A stretch of 54,661 bases of DNA from positions 1 to 54,661 of the forward strand of contig JANRIF010000249.1 in NCBI GenBank assembly GCA_033765245.1, read 5' to 3'. The notes under the pieces are model-generated. The model was not told where the DNA came from. It ran no database searches and saw only the letters and a list, made by a program, of their open reading frames with translations. The position numbers and the translations under genes are program-made. The DNA is from Lysobacteraceae bacterium. GTDB taxonomy: Bacteria > Pseudomonadota > Gammaproteobacteria > Xanthomonadales > Xanthomonadaceae. The stretch's first letter is position 1, and the number at the start of each line of letters is the position of its first letter. Of the stretch, positions 1 through 9,824 are shown one piece after another.

Positions 1-1
1 C

Positions 2-19
2 GGGACTCGGGACTCGGGG
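2..19. repeat. Edge fragment of a GGGACTC-heptad REP-like element
   Basis: cgggactcgggactcgggg at the window edge equals the left-arm heptads of the elements at 9649, 33568, 45026 and 48669. The window start truncates it. Confidence 0.5.
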
Positions 20-482
20 AAGGCTCTCACCCTCGCGAGGCATGTCAAGCTCGCAGCAACGAAATTGCGTCGTGGCGACGGCATGAAACGGAGAAGCAGA
101 CCTGTAGCGCATGGATGCGCGGTCGAGAGCGACAGGGCGCCATAGAGCGCGCCGAGCATCGCAGGCAGACGCAGGGGAAAGGCGCCGCTGTCTGAGCACA
201 TGGATGTGCGAGTTCGGCGCCGGCCTGCGGCTGCCGAGAAGCGCAGGGGCCCGACACGGCAGGAGCCGTGGCGGCGCGCGTCCGGCGCGGCGTTTTTGCT
301 TACTTTTTGCGCCACAAAAAGTAAGCCGCCCGCCGCAGGCGGGTGGAAGCTCTTGCCTTTTGAAGACCCGCGACAAGCATCAACCCCGTCCCAGCCGCAC
401 TGCGAACCGAGGGGCGAACCGCGTGCCGCGTGCCGCGTGAAATCAAGCGACCCACCCCGATATCGTCGCGCATCAACCCACA

Positions 483-578
483 GTCGGTTCCACCGCTTCG
501 CGGCTTGAACCGACCTACGGGGCGCGAAGGTGATGTGCTCCGGTAGGTCGGTTCAAGCGCCAACGACGCGGAACCGAC
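483..578. repeat. Inverted pair of 36-nt GTAG-type REP units (BIME-like)
   Basis: 483-518 gtcggttccaccgcttcgcggcttgaaccgacctac is the near reverse complement of 543-578 gtaggtcggttcaagcgccaacgacgcggaaccgac. Each unit is a hairpin (GTCGGTTC/GAACCGAC). A third copy lies at 16340-16375. Confidence 0.65.
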
Positions 579-587
579 GTCGCCGCC

Positions 588-1166
588 CTACTTCTGCTTC
601 CAGTTGCCGCCCGCGTCCTGATACCAACTACCGCCCGGCGCGCTGTCGACCCATTGCTTGGCGAAGGTCTGGCGGATCTGCGCTTCCCACTCCGGATGAC
701 CGTTGGCGACTGCGATTTCACGGTAGACCGCGCTGCGATCGCGGTTTTCTTCGGCCACCAACGGATTGAGCGTGGCGCGATCCTTCAGCGGCACCGCCGA
801 CGCATCGCGCACCACCAGCAGACCGTCGGCACCAAAGCCGACCGCGCCAGCACCCACCAGCGGCGCCAGCCGCGCCTGATAGCGCTGCGCCATGCGGTCC
901 TGGATCGCCTGGATCACCGGGGTGCGGATGGTGATGTCGGCCGCTTGCGCGTGTGCGCTGGAGATGAAGAAGTCCAGCACCGCCATGCCGCCGCCATTGT
1001 CGCCGGCCGACTTGGCATCGCTGGGCGCGGCATCAGGGCCGATCACCTTTTCCACAAACTCCTTGGCCGCCTGCTGCGCCTCGGCAGCCGGGAAATACAC
1101 GTTGATGGTGACGCAGGCGGTAAGCGCCATTGCCAGGGTTGCTACGGAAACGAGCCACTTGCGCAT
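588..1166 (-). CDS. ydbL: YdbL-like (DUF1318) periplasmic protein with N-terminal lipoprotein signal
   Basis: Start set at MRKWLV (ATG 1166, AAGGAGA 5 nt upstream) inside ORF 588..1208. Lipobox LTAC. The C-terminal half (REIAVANGHPEWEAQIRQTFAKQW) looks like DUF1318/YdbL. It lies directly downstream of a ydbH-like gene, as in E. coli ydbH-ynbE-ydbL. Confidence 0.6.
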   Translation of the reverse strand: MRKWLVSVATLAMALTACVTINVYFPAAEAQQAAKEFVEKVIGPDAAPSDAKSAGDNGGGMAVLDFFISSAHAQAADITIRTPVIQAIQDRMAQRYQARLAPLVGAGAVGFGADGLLVVRDASAVPLKDRATLNPLVAEENRDRSAVYREIAVANGHPEWEAQIRQTFAKQWVDSAPGGSWYQDAGGNWKQK

Positions 1167-1311
1167 GCGATTCTCCTTGCGAAACGCGATATGAAATTTG
1201 CCATGCACGCCCGGAATGAGGCAAAGCGGACCGCACGGATCATTGGTTTCGGCAATCCGACGACGCTATGGATCGACGTCGCCACGCTTACCCACAACCC
1301 ACAACGCGACA

Positions 1312-3336
1312 CTATTGCACCACCGGCATCTGCCCCTCGGTCGCCGCCTTGAGCCGTTGCAGCAGCACCGGCCAGTCCACCTGGCGGGCAAAGCCGACCA
1401 CGGTGATGCGCGGCAAGCCGGAACCTTCGACAATCGTATAGCCCTGCCCTGCTGAACCCACCCCGTCCATCTGACACACGTTCTCGCGCAGCCGGCACTG
1501 CAGGCCGAGGCGCGAGTACGAGAAGCTGCTGAACATCTTGAGCACGGTGTTCTGCAAGCCGGCCACCAGCCCGCTGCCGCCGACGTTCGAGAGGTCCTGC
1601 ACGGCACGCTGGCTGATGCGTTTGTTGCCTTTGAAGCCTGGGCGCGAATGGAAGTCGGCATCGAACTGCACCGGAGTCCAGTCGACCAACCGCAGGTTGC
1701 GCACGGTGCCGTCGAGGCGGCCGGTAATTTCGCCGAAGCCGAATGCGGCGGTCAGTGGCTGCAGGTCGAGGTTGTCGTAGGCGACGTTGGCGCCCAACAT
1801 CGGAGCCACTCCGAACGGGCGCTCCATGATCAGGTCGTCGATGCGCACCTCGCCATCGAACATGCGGATCGCGATGCCGCCGTCAAGGCGTAGCCGGTTG
1901 TCGGCATACTGCGCGTCCGGCAGCACGCCTCCCATCGTGCCGGTAAACGGCGGCCACCCCAGCCGCTGCGAAAGCTTGCCCAGATCGAGCCCGTCCAGCG
2001 CCATGCCCAGCCGGATGCGCGCGCCCTGCTCGCCCTGTCGCGGGGTGAGCGCGAGATGGGTGAGGGTGAAGCGCCCACCCAGCAGGTCCGCCTGCACCGG
2101 CGCCAGCAACGTAATTTCGCGATTCGCACTGCGCAACGTGGCCGAAGCGGCGCCGAACCCCAGGCCGTAGATCGCCGCCGCGTCCCAGCCGATGCGGCCG
2201 TCTCGGGGCGGGCCGTCGCGGGTCCAGCCGGCAGCACCGCTCACCCCGGCCAACGCGAACCGCCCATCCGGCGCAACCGCCGCAATCCGGTCCAACTGCA
2301 GATCGAGCGCACGCGGCCCGCTGCCATCCCAGTTCAGCGTGGCGCGCACGCCGCCGGACAACCGCAGCCCGGTCAGACCGGCCAGACCGAGCGGCCCGCT
2401 CAGGTAGCGCGGCGCCAGTTCGTGCAGGGCGTCGCTGCGCACCGCAAGATCGGCTGCTACCGGATTCAGCTCCGGGCCCAGCGTCACCGCGCCGCTCACC
2501 GCGAGCACGCCGGGATCGTCCCAGCGCAGGTCGTGCAAGCGCCATCCGGCGTTGCCACGCTGCTCGGCCACCAGCGCCACCTGCACCGGCTGCGCCGGCA
2601 GCGGCACGTACAGGCTCGACACCAGCAATTCGCCGCCACGTAGCGTCCCCGAGAGCGCGATGCGAGTGGTCTGCTCTTGCAAGGAAAATTCCAGCTTCGC
2701 CCGCGCGCCCAGCCCTTCGCCGGCGATCGACCCATCCGGTGTATCGAACGATAGCGCCGACACGCTGAGCGGGCCGCTCACCGTCAATGGCGCGGCATCG
2801 GCGGCATTCACCTGAAAGTCGGCATCGACTGCACCCTTGCCGAAGCGGCCATCGCTCCACAGCGAGGCCATGAACGCGCGCAACCACGTCGCCGGCACCT
2901 TGCTCAGGATCAGGCGCGTGGTGTCGGGCGTGGCGGCATCGCGCAGCAGCGTGATCCGTGCCTTGCCGCCCGCCAACTGCACGTCGGTGGCGGCCAGCGA
3001 CAGCGCCAGTCGCAAGCTAGGCAGTTTGCCCTGCGCCGAACGCACCGCACCGGCGCAGACATAGTTCTCGCCCTCGCGCCGCAGCTCGCATTGCCAGTGC
3101 AACGTGTCGAAGCGATAACCCAGCGCCGCTGCGGACGCCCGGCCGATCGATACCTGCAACTGGCCGCTGCTGGCGCCATCCGGCCAGACGAGCACTGCTT
3201 GCAAGTTCTGCAGTTCGGCCACCGCGGTGACCATGCGATCGACGTCCACGCGCAAGGTGCGCGCCGCGCCCGTACCGCCGGCAAGCAACGACACCATCAG
3301 CAACAGCAGCTTGAACGCGCTCGGCGAACTTCGCAT
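1312..3336 (-). CDS. ydbH: YdbH-like AsmA-family large envelope protein
   Basis: Real start taken at MRSSPSAFKLLLLMVSLLAG (ATG 3336), which has a signal/anchor-like N-terminus. The longer ORF to 4047 is antisense to the REC-Hpt gene. The C-terminus (KRISQRAVQDLSNVGG...GYTIVEGSGLPRI) is typical of the YdbH family. Confidence 0.65.
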   Translation of the reverse strand: MRSSPSAFKLLLLMVSLLAGGTGAARTLRVDVDRMVTAVAELQNLQAVLVWPDGASSGQLQVSIGRASAAALGYRFDTLHWQCELRREGENYVCAGAVRSAQGKLPSLRLALSLAATDVQLAGGKARITLLRDAATPDTTRLILSKVPATWLRAFMASLWSDGRFGKGAVDADFQVNAADAAPLTVSGPLSVSALSFDTPDGSIAGEGLGARAKLEFSLQEQTTRIALSGTLRGGELLVSSLYVPLPAQPVQVALVAEQRGNAGWRLHDLRWDDPGVLAVSGAVTLGPELNPVAADLAVRSDALHELAPRYLSGPLGLAGLTGLRLSGGVRATLNWDGSGPRALDLQLDRIAAVAPDGRFALAGVSGAAGWTRDGPPRDGRIGWDAAAIYGLGFGAASATLRSANREITLLAPVQADLLGGRFTLTHLALTPRQGEQGARIRLGMALDGLDLGKLSQRLGWPPFTGTMGGVLPDAQYADNRLRLDGGIAIRMFDGEVRIDDLIMERPFGVAPMLGANVAYDNLDLQPLTAAFGFGEITGRLDGTVRNLRLVDWTPVQFDADFHSRPGFKGNKRISQRAVQDLSNVGGSGLVAGLQNTVLKMFSSFSYSRLGLQCRLRENVCQMDGVGSAGQGYTIVEGSGLPRITVVGFARQVDWPVLLQRLKAATEGQMPVVQ

Positions 3337-3388
3337 TGTGCGAGCATAGCCGCTACCGCGCGCTGCCGCATCCCGACGAACGGGTTCA

Positions 3389-4072
3389 ATGGACGCCCTG
3401 CCCCACCTGCTGCTGCTCGAAGACGACCCACCCAGCCGGATGTTCCTGCACGAGGTGCTGGGCACGCTACCTGCGCGGGTCGACGCGGTGGAGACGCTGA
3501 CGCAGGCGCGCGCGGCCATGACGGTGCAATCGTACGATCTGTGGTTGTTCGACGCCCGTCTGCCCGACGGCGACAGCGCGACGCTGCTGACCGAGCGGCG
3601 CGCATCAGGGGACGCGACACCGGCACTCGTGCTCACCGCAGACCCGCAGCCCGGGCGACGCCGCGAACTGCTCGCGGCGGGCTTTGCCGAGGTGCTGGTC
3701 AAGCCTTTGTCGGCCCAGACGCTGCACGCCACCACGCGCTCGATGCTGACCCGATGCGCACGTCCGATGGCCGGCAATGGCGAGTGGGACGAAGCGCATG
3801 CACTGTCCGCCGCCGGCGGCGTCGCCCGCACCCGCGACGCGCTGCGCGAGCTGTTCCTCGCCGAACTGCCGGGTCTACGCGAGCGCATTCTGCAAGCGCT
3901 GGCTGCCGACGACATAGACGGCGCCAGGGCGTCGCTGCACCGGCTCAAGGGGAGTTGCGCCTTCGTCGGCGCCAGCGCCTTGCTGCGCGCCACACAGGCA
4001 TTGGCGCAGACACCGAGCGACAGCGCGACGCGCGGCCACTTCGCCACGGAATGCGCACGCTTGCTGCGATAG
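3389..4072 (+). CDS. Response-regulator receiver domain fused to an Hpt phosphotransfer domain
   Basis: LLLLEDD acidic pocket, DLWLFDARLPDGDS phospho-acceptor Asp and VLVKPL Lys indicate a REC domain. The C-terminal HRLKGSCAFVGA is the Hpt histidine motif. Confidence 0.7.
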   Translation: MDALPHLLLLEDDPPSRMFLHEVLGTLPARVDAVETLTQARAAMTVQSYDLWLFDARLPDGDSATLLTERRASGDATPALVLTADPQPGRRRELLAAGFAEVLVKPLSAQTLHATTRSMLTRCARPMAGNGEWDEAHALSAAGGVARTRDALRELFLAELPGLRERILQALAADDIDGARASLHRLKGSCAFVGASALLRATQALAQTPSDSATRGHFATECARLLR

Positions 4073-4143
4073 CGCGAACGCGCGTCAGTGGGCGTGGGCG
4101 AAGCCGTCGCGCATCGACACGCTCACACCGGAGCCTGCGCCGC

Positions 4144-4875
4144 TCACGCCGACGGCCGGCGCGCGTCCGCCAGTTCGCCCAGCAAATCCCAGGAGCGCAA
4201 CGGCCGGCCGTCGAGCAGGCGACCGATGTGGTTGCGCAACAGGCGGCGCAACGACCGCAACGCTGCGGCGTCGGGTACGCGATCATGCGCCAGCGCCAAC
4301 AACGCGGCGCCGCGCACGTCGCCTTCCTGACCCGGCGCGGCACGTCGTGCGCCGCGTTCGGGATCGACCCAATAGCCGGCTTGCGGCTCCAGCGGCTCTC
4401 CGTCCTCGTCGCAATCGCAGGCCAGCGCGTAGCCCAGCTCGGCCAGCAGATCGCGTTCGAAACGTCGCAGCGTCCAGGCTAGCCCGCCTTTCTCACATCC
4501 ATCCGTAGCGAGGGCGTCGAGCGCGGCGGAATATCGCACGAACAACGCAGCGCAAGGATCGCCGCGCACGGTGAGGCGCAGCAGCAATTCGTTGAGATAC
4601 AGGCCGGCCAGCACCGCGTCGCCGACCAACGGCTGCGCCGCAGCGGTGGCCTCCACCGCGCCCAGCGTGGCCAGTTCGCCGGACTGATGAAAGGCGATGC
4701 GCAATGGCGTGAACGCCTGCAAGGCGGCGCGCAGCGGCTGCTGGCGCGGTCCGCGCAGGCCGCGCGCGATGGCGCCGATGCGGCCGTGTTCGTGGGTGAA
4801 CAGCTCCACCAGCGCGCTGGTCTCGCGCCATGGCCGCAGATGCAGCACCCACGCCGGTTGCGCGCTTATCCGCAT
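4144..4875 (-). CDS. recO: DNA repair protein RecO
   Basis: 243 aa. The N-terminal OB-fold-like AWVLHLRPWRETSALVELFT is typical of RecO. It sits in the conserved rnc-era-recO order. Confidence 0.9.
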   Translation of the reverse strand: MRISAQPAWVLHLRPWRETSALVELFTHEHGRIGAIARGLRGPRQQPLRAALQAFTPLRIAFHQSGELATLGAVEATAAAQPLVGDAVLAGLYLNELLLRLTVRGDPCAALFVRYSAALDALATDGCEKGGLAWTLRRFERDLLAELGYALACDCDEDGEPLEPQAGYWVDPERGARRAAPGQEGDVRGAALLALAHDRVPDAAALRSLRRLLRNHIGRLLDGRPLRSWDLLGELADARRPSA

Positions 4876-4908
4876 GACGATGCCATGCCGACCCGCCTGT
4901 GCCGGCAG

Positions 4909-5802
4909 TTATTCGGAATAGCCGAAGCGGCGCAACGCGGCCTCGTCATCGGCCCAGTCCTCACGCACCTTGCACCACATTTCGAGGAACACCTTGCGCC
5001 CGAACAGACGCTCCATGCCCTCGCGCGCGGAACGGCCGATCGCCTTGAGGCGCTCGCCACCCTTGCCGATCACGATCGGCTTCTGCCCTTCGCGCGCCAC
5101 CCACACCACCACCGCGATCCGCAGCAGCGCGCCATCTTCCTCGAAACGCTCCACCTCCACCGTGGCCGAGTATGGAACCTCCTCGCCGAGTCGCTGCATC
5201 AACTGCTCGCGCACCAGTTCGGCAGCGAGGAAGCGCTGGCTCTTGTCGGTGATCTCGTCCTCGTCGAACACCGGCGCCGATTCCGGCATCAGCCGCAGCA
5301 AGGTGGCGCGTAGCGCGTCCAGACCCTTCGCTTGCAACGCCGAGATCGGATGCACCGCGGCGAAATCGCGGCCGTGGGTATGCTCGGCGATGAACGGCAG
5401 CAATGTGGTCTTGTCCTTGATACGGTCGATCTTGTTGATCGCCAGCACGCAGGGCACCCCGGAACGGACGAGCGCCTCGTAGGCCAGGCTGTCTTCCGCG
5501 TGCCAGCGGCCCGCCTCGATGACCAGCAACGCCGCATTCACGTCGGGCAAGGCGCCGCGCGCGGCGCGGTTGAGATGCCGGCTCATGGCATTGCCCTGCT
5601 CGCGATGAATGCCTGGCGTATCCACAAGCACCAGTTGCCCGGCATCCGAACTGGCGATACCCAGCATCCGATGGCGGGTGGTCTGCGGCTTGGCCGAGAC
5701 GATGCTGATCTTGACCCCCACCAGCGCATTGACCAGGGTGGACTTGCCGACGTTGGGGCGCCCCACCACCGCTACGTAACCGGCGCGATACGGTTCAGTC
5801 AT
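4909..5802 (-). CDS. era: GTPase Era
   Basis: G1 motif [18 protein letters not shown], and a C-terminal KH domain. Start chosen at ATG 5802 (GGAGA 6 nt upstream). ATG 5808 is also possible. It overlaps the rnc stop. Confidence 0.92.
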   Translation of the reverse strand: MTEPYRAGYVAVVGRPNVGKSTLVNALVGVKISIVSAKPQTTRHRMLGIASSDAGQLVLVDTPGIHREQGNAMSRHLNRAARGALPDVNAALLVIEAGRWHAEDSLAYEALVRSGVPCVLAINKIDRIKDKTTLLPFIAEHTHGRDFAAVHPISALQAKGLDALRATLLRLMPESAPVFDEDEITDKSQRFLAAELVREQLMQRLGEEVPYSATVEVERFEEDGALLRIAVVVWVAREGQKPIVIGKGGERLKAIGRSAREGMERLFGRKVFLEMWCKVREDWADDEAALRRFGYSE

Positions 5803-6466
5803 GTCCATTCTCCAGGTGTGCGAGCATCGCCTGTGCGGCATTTTGTTCCGCCTGGCGTCGCGATTGCCCAACACCGGTGGCTTCGAACCCGATATCGGAC
5901 ACGCTGCAGCGCACTTCGAACTCCTTGGCGTGGTCCTCGCCGCGGGTATCCACCAGCAGATAGGCGGGCAGCGCCCGCGAGCGCCCCTGCAACCATTCCT
6001 GCAGGCGCGTCTTGGGATCCTTTTGCACCTTGCCGACCGGCAGCGCCGCAATTTCCGGCTCCAACCAACCCAGCACCACCTCACGGCAGCGCTCGAAGCC
6101 GGCGTCGGCGTATATCGCCGCCACCACGGCTTCGAAAGCGTCGGCGAGGATCGAATCGCGACGATGACCGCCGCTCTTCATCTCGCCAGGGCCAAACGTC
6201 ATCTTCTCGCCCAGACCGAGACCGCGCGCCAGACGCGCCAGGGTGGACTCGCGCACCAACTCGGCGCGCGCGCGCGTCAGTGCGCCTTCGTCGGCGCGCT
6301 GCCAGCGCGAATACAGCGCCTCGGCGGCGATGAAGTTGAGCATGGCATCACCGAGGAACTCCTGACGTTCGTTGTTGCGGGCACCGACGCTGCGATGGGT
6401 CAGCGCCTGCGCCAGCAGGCGGGAGTCGGCGAACCGATATCCGCCGATCGCATCACTCACCGGCAC
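5795..6466 (-). CDS. rnc: Ribonuclease III
   Basis: RNase III signature [10 protein letters not shown] plus a C-terminal dsRNA-binding domain. 223 aa. Confidence 0.95.
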   Translation of the reverse strand: MPVSDAIGGYRFADSRLLAQALTHRSVGARNNERQEFLGDAMLNFIAAEALYSRWQRADEGALTRARAELVRESTLARLARGLGLGEKMTFGPGEMKSGGHRRDSILADAFEAVVAAIYADAGFERCREVVLGWLEPEIAALPVGKVQKDPKTRLQEWLQGRSRALPAYLLVDTRGEDHAKEFEVRCSVSDIGFEATGVGQSRRQAEQNAAQAMLAHLENGHD

Positions 6467-6824
6467 CCCGGTTGAGCGTTTCGCTGTGGTCGAAGCTGAC
6501 CACCAGATCGATGTTGGACACGAACGGTTTGCGGACTTCGTAGCGGATGTTGATGCTGGGGTTACGGTCGCGCGAAATGCGGATGTCGTTGGGGCGTACC
6601 GAATCGACGTAGCTGATGTCGAAGTGACGCAGCAGCATGACGCGGATGTCGCCGGGCTGCTTGTTGGCCACCCCGACTTCGCCGGCCACCGCCTTCATGG
6701 CTTTGACCACGCTGAAGTACTCGGTATAGACCGGTACCAGACGCATCGCCGCATAGGCGAAGAAGCCGACCACCACCAACACCATCAGAAAGCCGATGAA
6801 TGTGATGCCACGTTGCATCTTCAT
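6453..6824 (-). CDS. DUF4845-like small membrane-anchored protein
   Basis: 123 aa with an N-terminal TM helix ([21 protein letters not shown]), then [10 protein letters not shown]. It occupies the lepB-rnc slot where DUF4845 genes occur in pseudomonads and xanthomonads. Confidence 0.7.
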   Translation of the reverse strand: MKMQRGITFIGFLMVLVVVGFFAYAAMRLVPVYTEYFSVVKAMKAVAGEVGVANKQPGDIRVMLLRHFDISYVDSVRPNDIRISRDRNPSINIRYEVRKPFVSNIDLVVSFDHSETLNRGAGE

Positions 6825-6919
6825 GGTTGTTCACTCCGTCTGCAAACCCCGCCGGGACGTACCGTACGGACCCCATCGCGCCACTGCGACTGACAGGGAC
6901 CGGGCCGCGCAGCGCTACT

Positions 6920-7732
6920 CTACTCGACCACGGTGCCGATGCGCGAGAACACCGGGCCACCGTCCCAGCTCATCCAGATTGCGAACGCGCGTCCCACCAG
7001 ATTACCCTCCGGCACGAAACCCCAGAAGCGGCCGTCGTCGCTGTTGTCGCGGTTGTCGCCCATCACGAAATAGTGCCCGGCCGGCACGTCGAAGGCGCCG
7101 TCGCCGCGCGATATGTTGTCGCGATGCAGAACGCGGTGCTTGTGAGTGCCGAGGGTTTCGTCGAGCAGGCGCGCGCCGGTGCTGTCGCGGCCGCTGCGCT
7201 CGCCGATGTAAAGCCCATCCTGAACCTGCGCGATGGCCTCGCCGTTGACGAATATCTGCTTACCGCGGTATTCGATGCGATCGCCCGGCAGCCCGACCAC
7301 GCGCTTGATGAAATCGTCGCCCTTCATGGGATCGGTGGGACCGCGACCGGGAAAGCGGAACACCACCACGTCGCCACGCTTGGGCTCGCCGATTTCCATC
7401 ACCTTCGAGTTGAGCACCGGCAGGCGCAACCCGTAGGCGAATTTGTTGACCAGGATGAAGTCGCCGATCAGCAGGGTCGGCATCATCGAGCTGGAGGGAA
7501 TGCGGAACGGCTCGCCCAGGAACGAGCGCACCAGCAACACCGCGAAGATCACCGGAAAGAACGAGCGCGCGTATTCGACCACCAGCGGAACCGGCACTTC
7601 GTTGCCGGTCGCCGGCACCGGCTCCGGCGCGCGCGCCTTGCGCGCCTTGGCGAAGAACAGCGCATCGATCAGCCAGATCAGGCCGGTAACGGCGGATAGC
7701 ACCGTCAGAACCAAGGCAAAGTCAATCTTCAC
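6920..7732 (-). CDS. lepB: Signal peptidase I
   Basis: S26 boxes SSSMMPTL, GDFILVNKF and GDNRDNSDDGRFWGFV. GTG start with GAGGAAG upstream. Confidence 0.95.
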   Translation of the reverse strand: MKIDFALVLTVLSAVTGLIWLIDALFFAKARKARAPEPVPATGNEVPVPLVVEYARSFFPVIFAVLLVRSFLGEPFRIPSSSMMPTLLIGDFILVNKFAYGLRLPVLNSKVMEIGEPKRGDVVVFRFPGRGPTDPMKGDDFIKRVVGLPGDRIEYRGKQIFVNGEAIAQVQDGLYIGERSGRDSTGARLLDETLGTHKHRVLHRDNISRGDGAFDVPAGHYFVMGDNRDNSDDGRFWGFVPEGNLVGRAFAIWMSWDGGPVFSRIGTVVE

Positions 7733-7762
7733 TCGCGCTTCCTCTTGCCCGATCCCTCAGGC

Positions 7763-9556
7763 TCATTTGTTGTCGATCTGCAATACCGCGAGGAAGGCTT
7801 CCTGCGGAATCTCCACCCGCCCGACCTGCTTCATGCGCTTCTTGCCGGCCTTCTGCTTTTCCAGCAACTTCTTCTTGCGCGTGGCGTCGCCGCCGTAGCA
7901 CTTTGCCAGCACGTTCTTGCGCATCGCCTTGACCGTGGTACGGGCGATGACCTGCGAACCCACCGCGGCCTGGATCGCCACGTCGAACATCTGCCGCGGA
8001 ATCAGTTCGCGCATCTTCTCGGCAATCTCGCGGCCACGGCGGTCTGCCTGAGCACGATGCACGATCAGGCTCATCGCGTCCACCCGATCGCCGTTGATCA
8101 ATGTGTCAAGACGCACAAACGGACCGACATCGAAGCGCAGCAGGTGGTAATCGAGCGAGGCATAGCCGCGGCTGACCGACTTGAGCCGGTCGAAGAAATC
8201 CAGCACCACCTCCGCCATCGGCAGTTCATAGATGATCTGTACCTGGCTGCCGAGATAGTGGATGCCCTGCTGCGCGCCGCGCTTTTCCTCGCACAGAGTG
8301 ATGACGTTGCCGACATAGTCCGGGGGGGTGAGGATGGTGGCGAGAATGATCGGCTCGCGGATTTCCTCGATCTTGTTGACCGGCGGCAGCTTGGCAGGGT
8401 TGTCCAGGCTGACGACGGTGCCATCGGTCAGGAGCAGTTCGTAGACCACGGTCGGCGCGGTGGTGACCAGATCGAGGTCGTACTCGCGCTCCAGCCGTTC
8501 CTGCACGATTTCCAGATGCAGCATACCGAGGAAGCCGCAGCGGAAACCAAAGCCCATCGCCTCCGAGCTTTCCGGTTCGAAGCGCAGCGCGGCGTCGTTC
8601 AGCCGCAGCTTTTCCAGCGCCTCGCGCAGCGCCGGGTAGTCGTCCGACTCCACCGGGAACAGGCCGGCGAACACGCGCGGCTTCATCTCCTGGAAGCCCG
8701 GCAGCGGTTTGTCGGCCGGCAGCGACGCCGAGGTCAACGTGTCGCCCACCGGCGCGCCATGCACGTCCTTGATCGAGGCGTTGACCCAACCCACCTCGCC
8801 GGCACCCAGCTTGGGCAGATCCTTGCGCTTGGGAGTGAACACGCCCACCTTGTCGACCAGATGCGTGCGTCCCGTGGACATCACCATGATCTTGTCGCCG
8901 GGCACGATCTCGCCTTGCATCACCCGCACCAGCGATACCACCCCCAGGTAGTTGTCGAACCACGAATCGATGATCAGCGCCTGCAAACGATCGGTGTCGC
9001 GCGGCTTCGGCGGCGGGATGCGCTGCACGATCGCCTCCAGCACCTCGACCACGTTCAGGCCGGTCTTGGCGCTGATCGCCACAGCATCGGTGGCATCGAT
9101 GCCGATCACTGCCTCGATCTCCGCCTTGACCTTGTCGACATCGGCGGTGGGCAGGTCGATCTTGTTCAGCACCGGCACCACTTCCAGCCCCTGCTCGACC
9201 GCGGTGTAGCAGTTGGCGACCGACTGCGCCTCGACGCCCTGCGCCGCATCGACCACCAGCAGCGCGCCCTCGCAGGCGGCCAGCGAGCGGCTCACCTCGT
9301 AGCTGAAATCGACGTGGCCGGGGGTATCGATGAAGTTGAGCTGATAGGTCTTGCCGTCGCGCGCGGTGTACGGCAACGACACCGACTGTGCCTTGATGGT
9401 GATGCCGCGCTCGCGCTCGATCGGATTGGAGTCGAGCACCTGCGCCTCCATCTCGCGCGCCTCGAGGCCGCCACACAGTTGGATGATGCGATCGGCCAGC
9501 GTGGACTTGCCGTGATCGACGTGGGCGATGATCGAAAAATTACGGATATGCTGCAT
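7763..9556 (-). CDS. lepA: Elongation factor 4 (LepA)
   Basis: Start at [20 protein letters not shown] (ATG 9556). 597 aa. The upstream part of ORF 7763..9724 runs into the heptad repeat and is not coding. Confidence 0.95.
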   Translation of the reverse strand: MQHIRNFSIIAHVDHGKSTLADRIIQLCGGLEAREMEAQVLDSNPIERERGITIKAQSVSLPYTARDGKTYQLNFIDTPGHVDFSYEVSRSLAACEGALLVVDAAQGVEAQSVANCYTAVEQGLEVVPVLNKIDLPTADVDKVKAEIEAVIGIDATDAVAISAKTGLNVVEVLEAIVQRIPPPKPRDTDRLQALIIDSWFDNYLGVVSLVRVMQGEIVPGDKIMVMSTGRTHLVDKVGVFTPKRKDLPKLGAGEVGWVNASIKDVHGAPVGDTLTSASLPADKPLPGFQEMKPRVFAGLFPVESDDYPALREALEKLRLNDAALRFEPESSEAMGFGFRCGFLGMLHLEIVQERLEREYDLDLVTTAPTVVYELLLTDGTVVSLDNPAKLPPVNKIEEIREPIILATILTPPDYVGNVITLCEEKRGAQQGIHYLGSQVQIIYELPMAEVVLDFFDRLKSVSRGYASLDYHLLRFDVGPFVRLDTLINGDRVDAMSLIVHRAQADRRGREIAEKMRELIPRQMFDVAIQAAVGSQVIARTTVKAMRKNVLAKCYGGDATRKKKLLEKQKAGKKRMKQVGRVEIPQEAFLAVLQIDNK

Positions 9557-9648
9557 GGGCTCGGCCGGCGCGAACGGCCGTCTGGTGGTGAACCGCGAAT
9601 TATCGCACAAGCGGGGGTGGGGGCTCGATGGGGCCGGGAACGGGGCTT

Positions 9649-9822
9649 GATGAAGCCGGGACTCGGGACTGGGGACTGGGGACTCGGAAAAGCCAAGGCA
9701 AATGCTCAAAGCGAAAGTTCGCAAGCTTGTAGTCCCGAGTCCCGAGTCCCGAGTCCCGAGTCCCGAGTCCCGAGTCCCGAGTCCCGAGTCCCGAGCCCCG
9801 AGTCCCGAGCCCCGAGTCCCGC
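9649..9822. repeat. Heptad-hairpin REP-like element (4 left heptads, 13 right heptads)
   Basis: Left arm gatgaagccGGGACTCGGGACTGGGGACTGGGGACTCGG (9649-9687). Spacer ending gttcgcaagcttGTAG. Right arm has 9 perfect GTCCCGA units plus 4 variants (9732-9822), ending 3 nt before the degP stop. Confidence 0.85.
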
Positions 9823-9824
9823 CC

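Noticed and set aside
298-343. Two adjacent hairpins (12-bp stem gcttactttttg/caaaaagtaagc, then CCCGCC/GGCGGG) as a terminator for ydbL
   Set aside because: They lie about 250 nt beyond the ydbL stop, with REP units in between. The T-run is part of the stem, not a trailing tract. The window edge prevents seeing the neighbouring gene, so function is unassignable.
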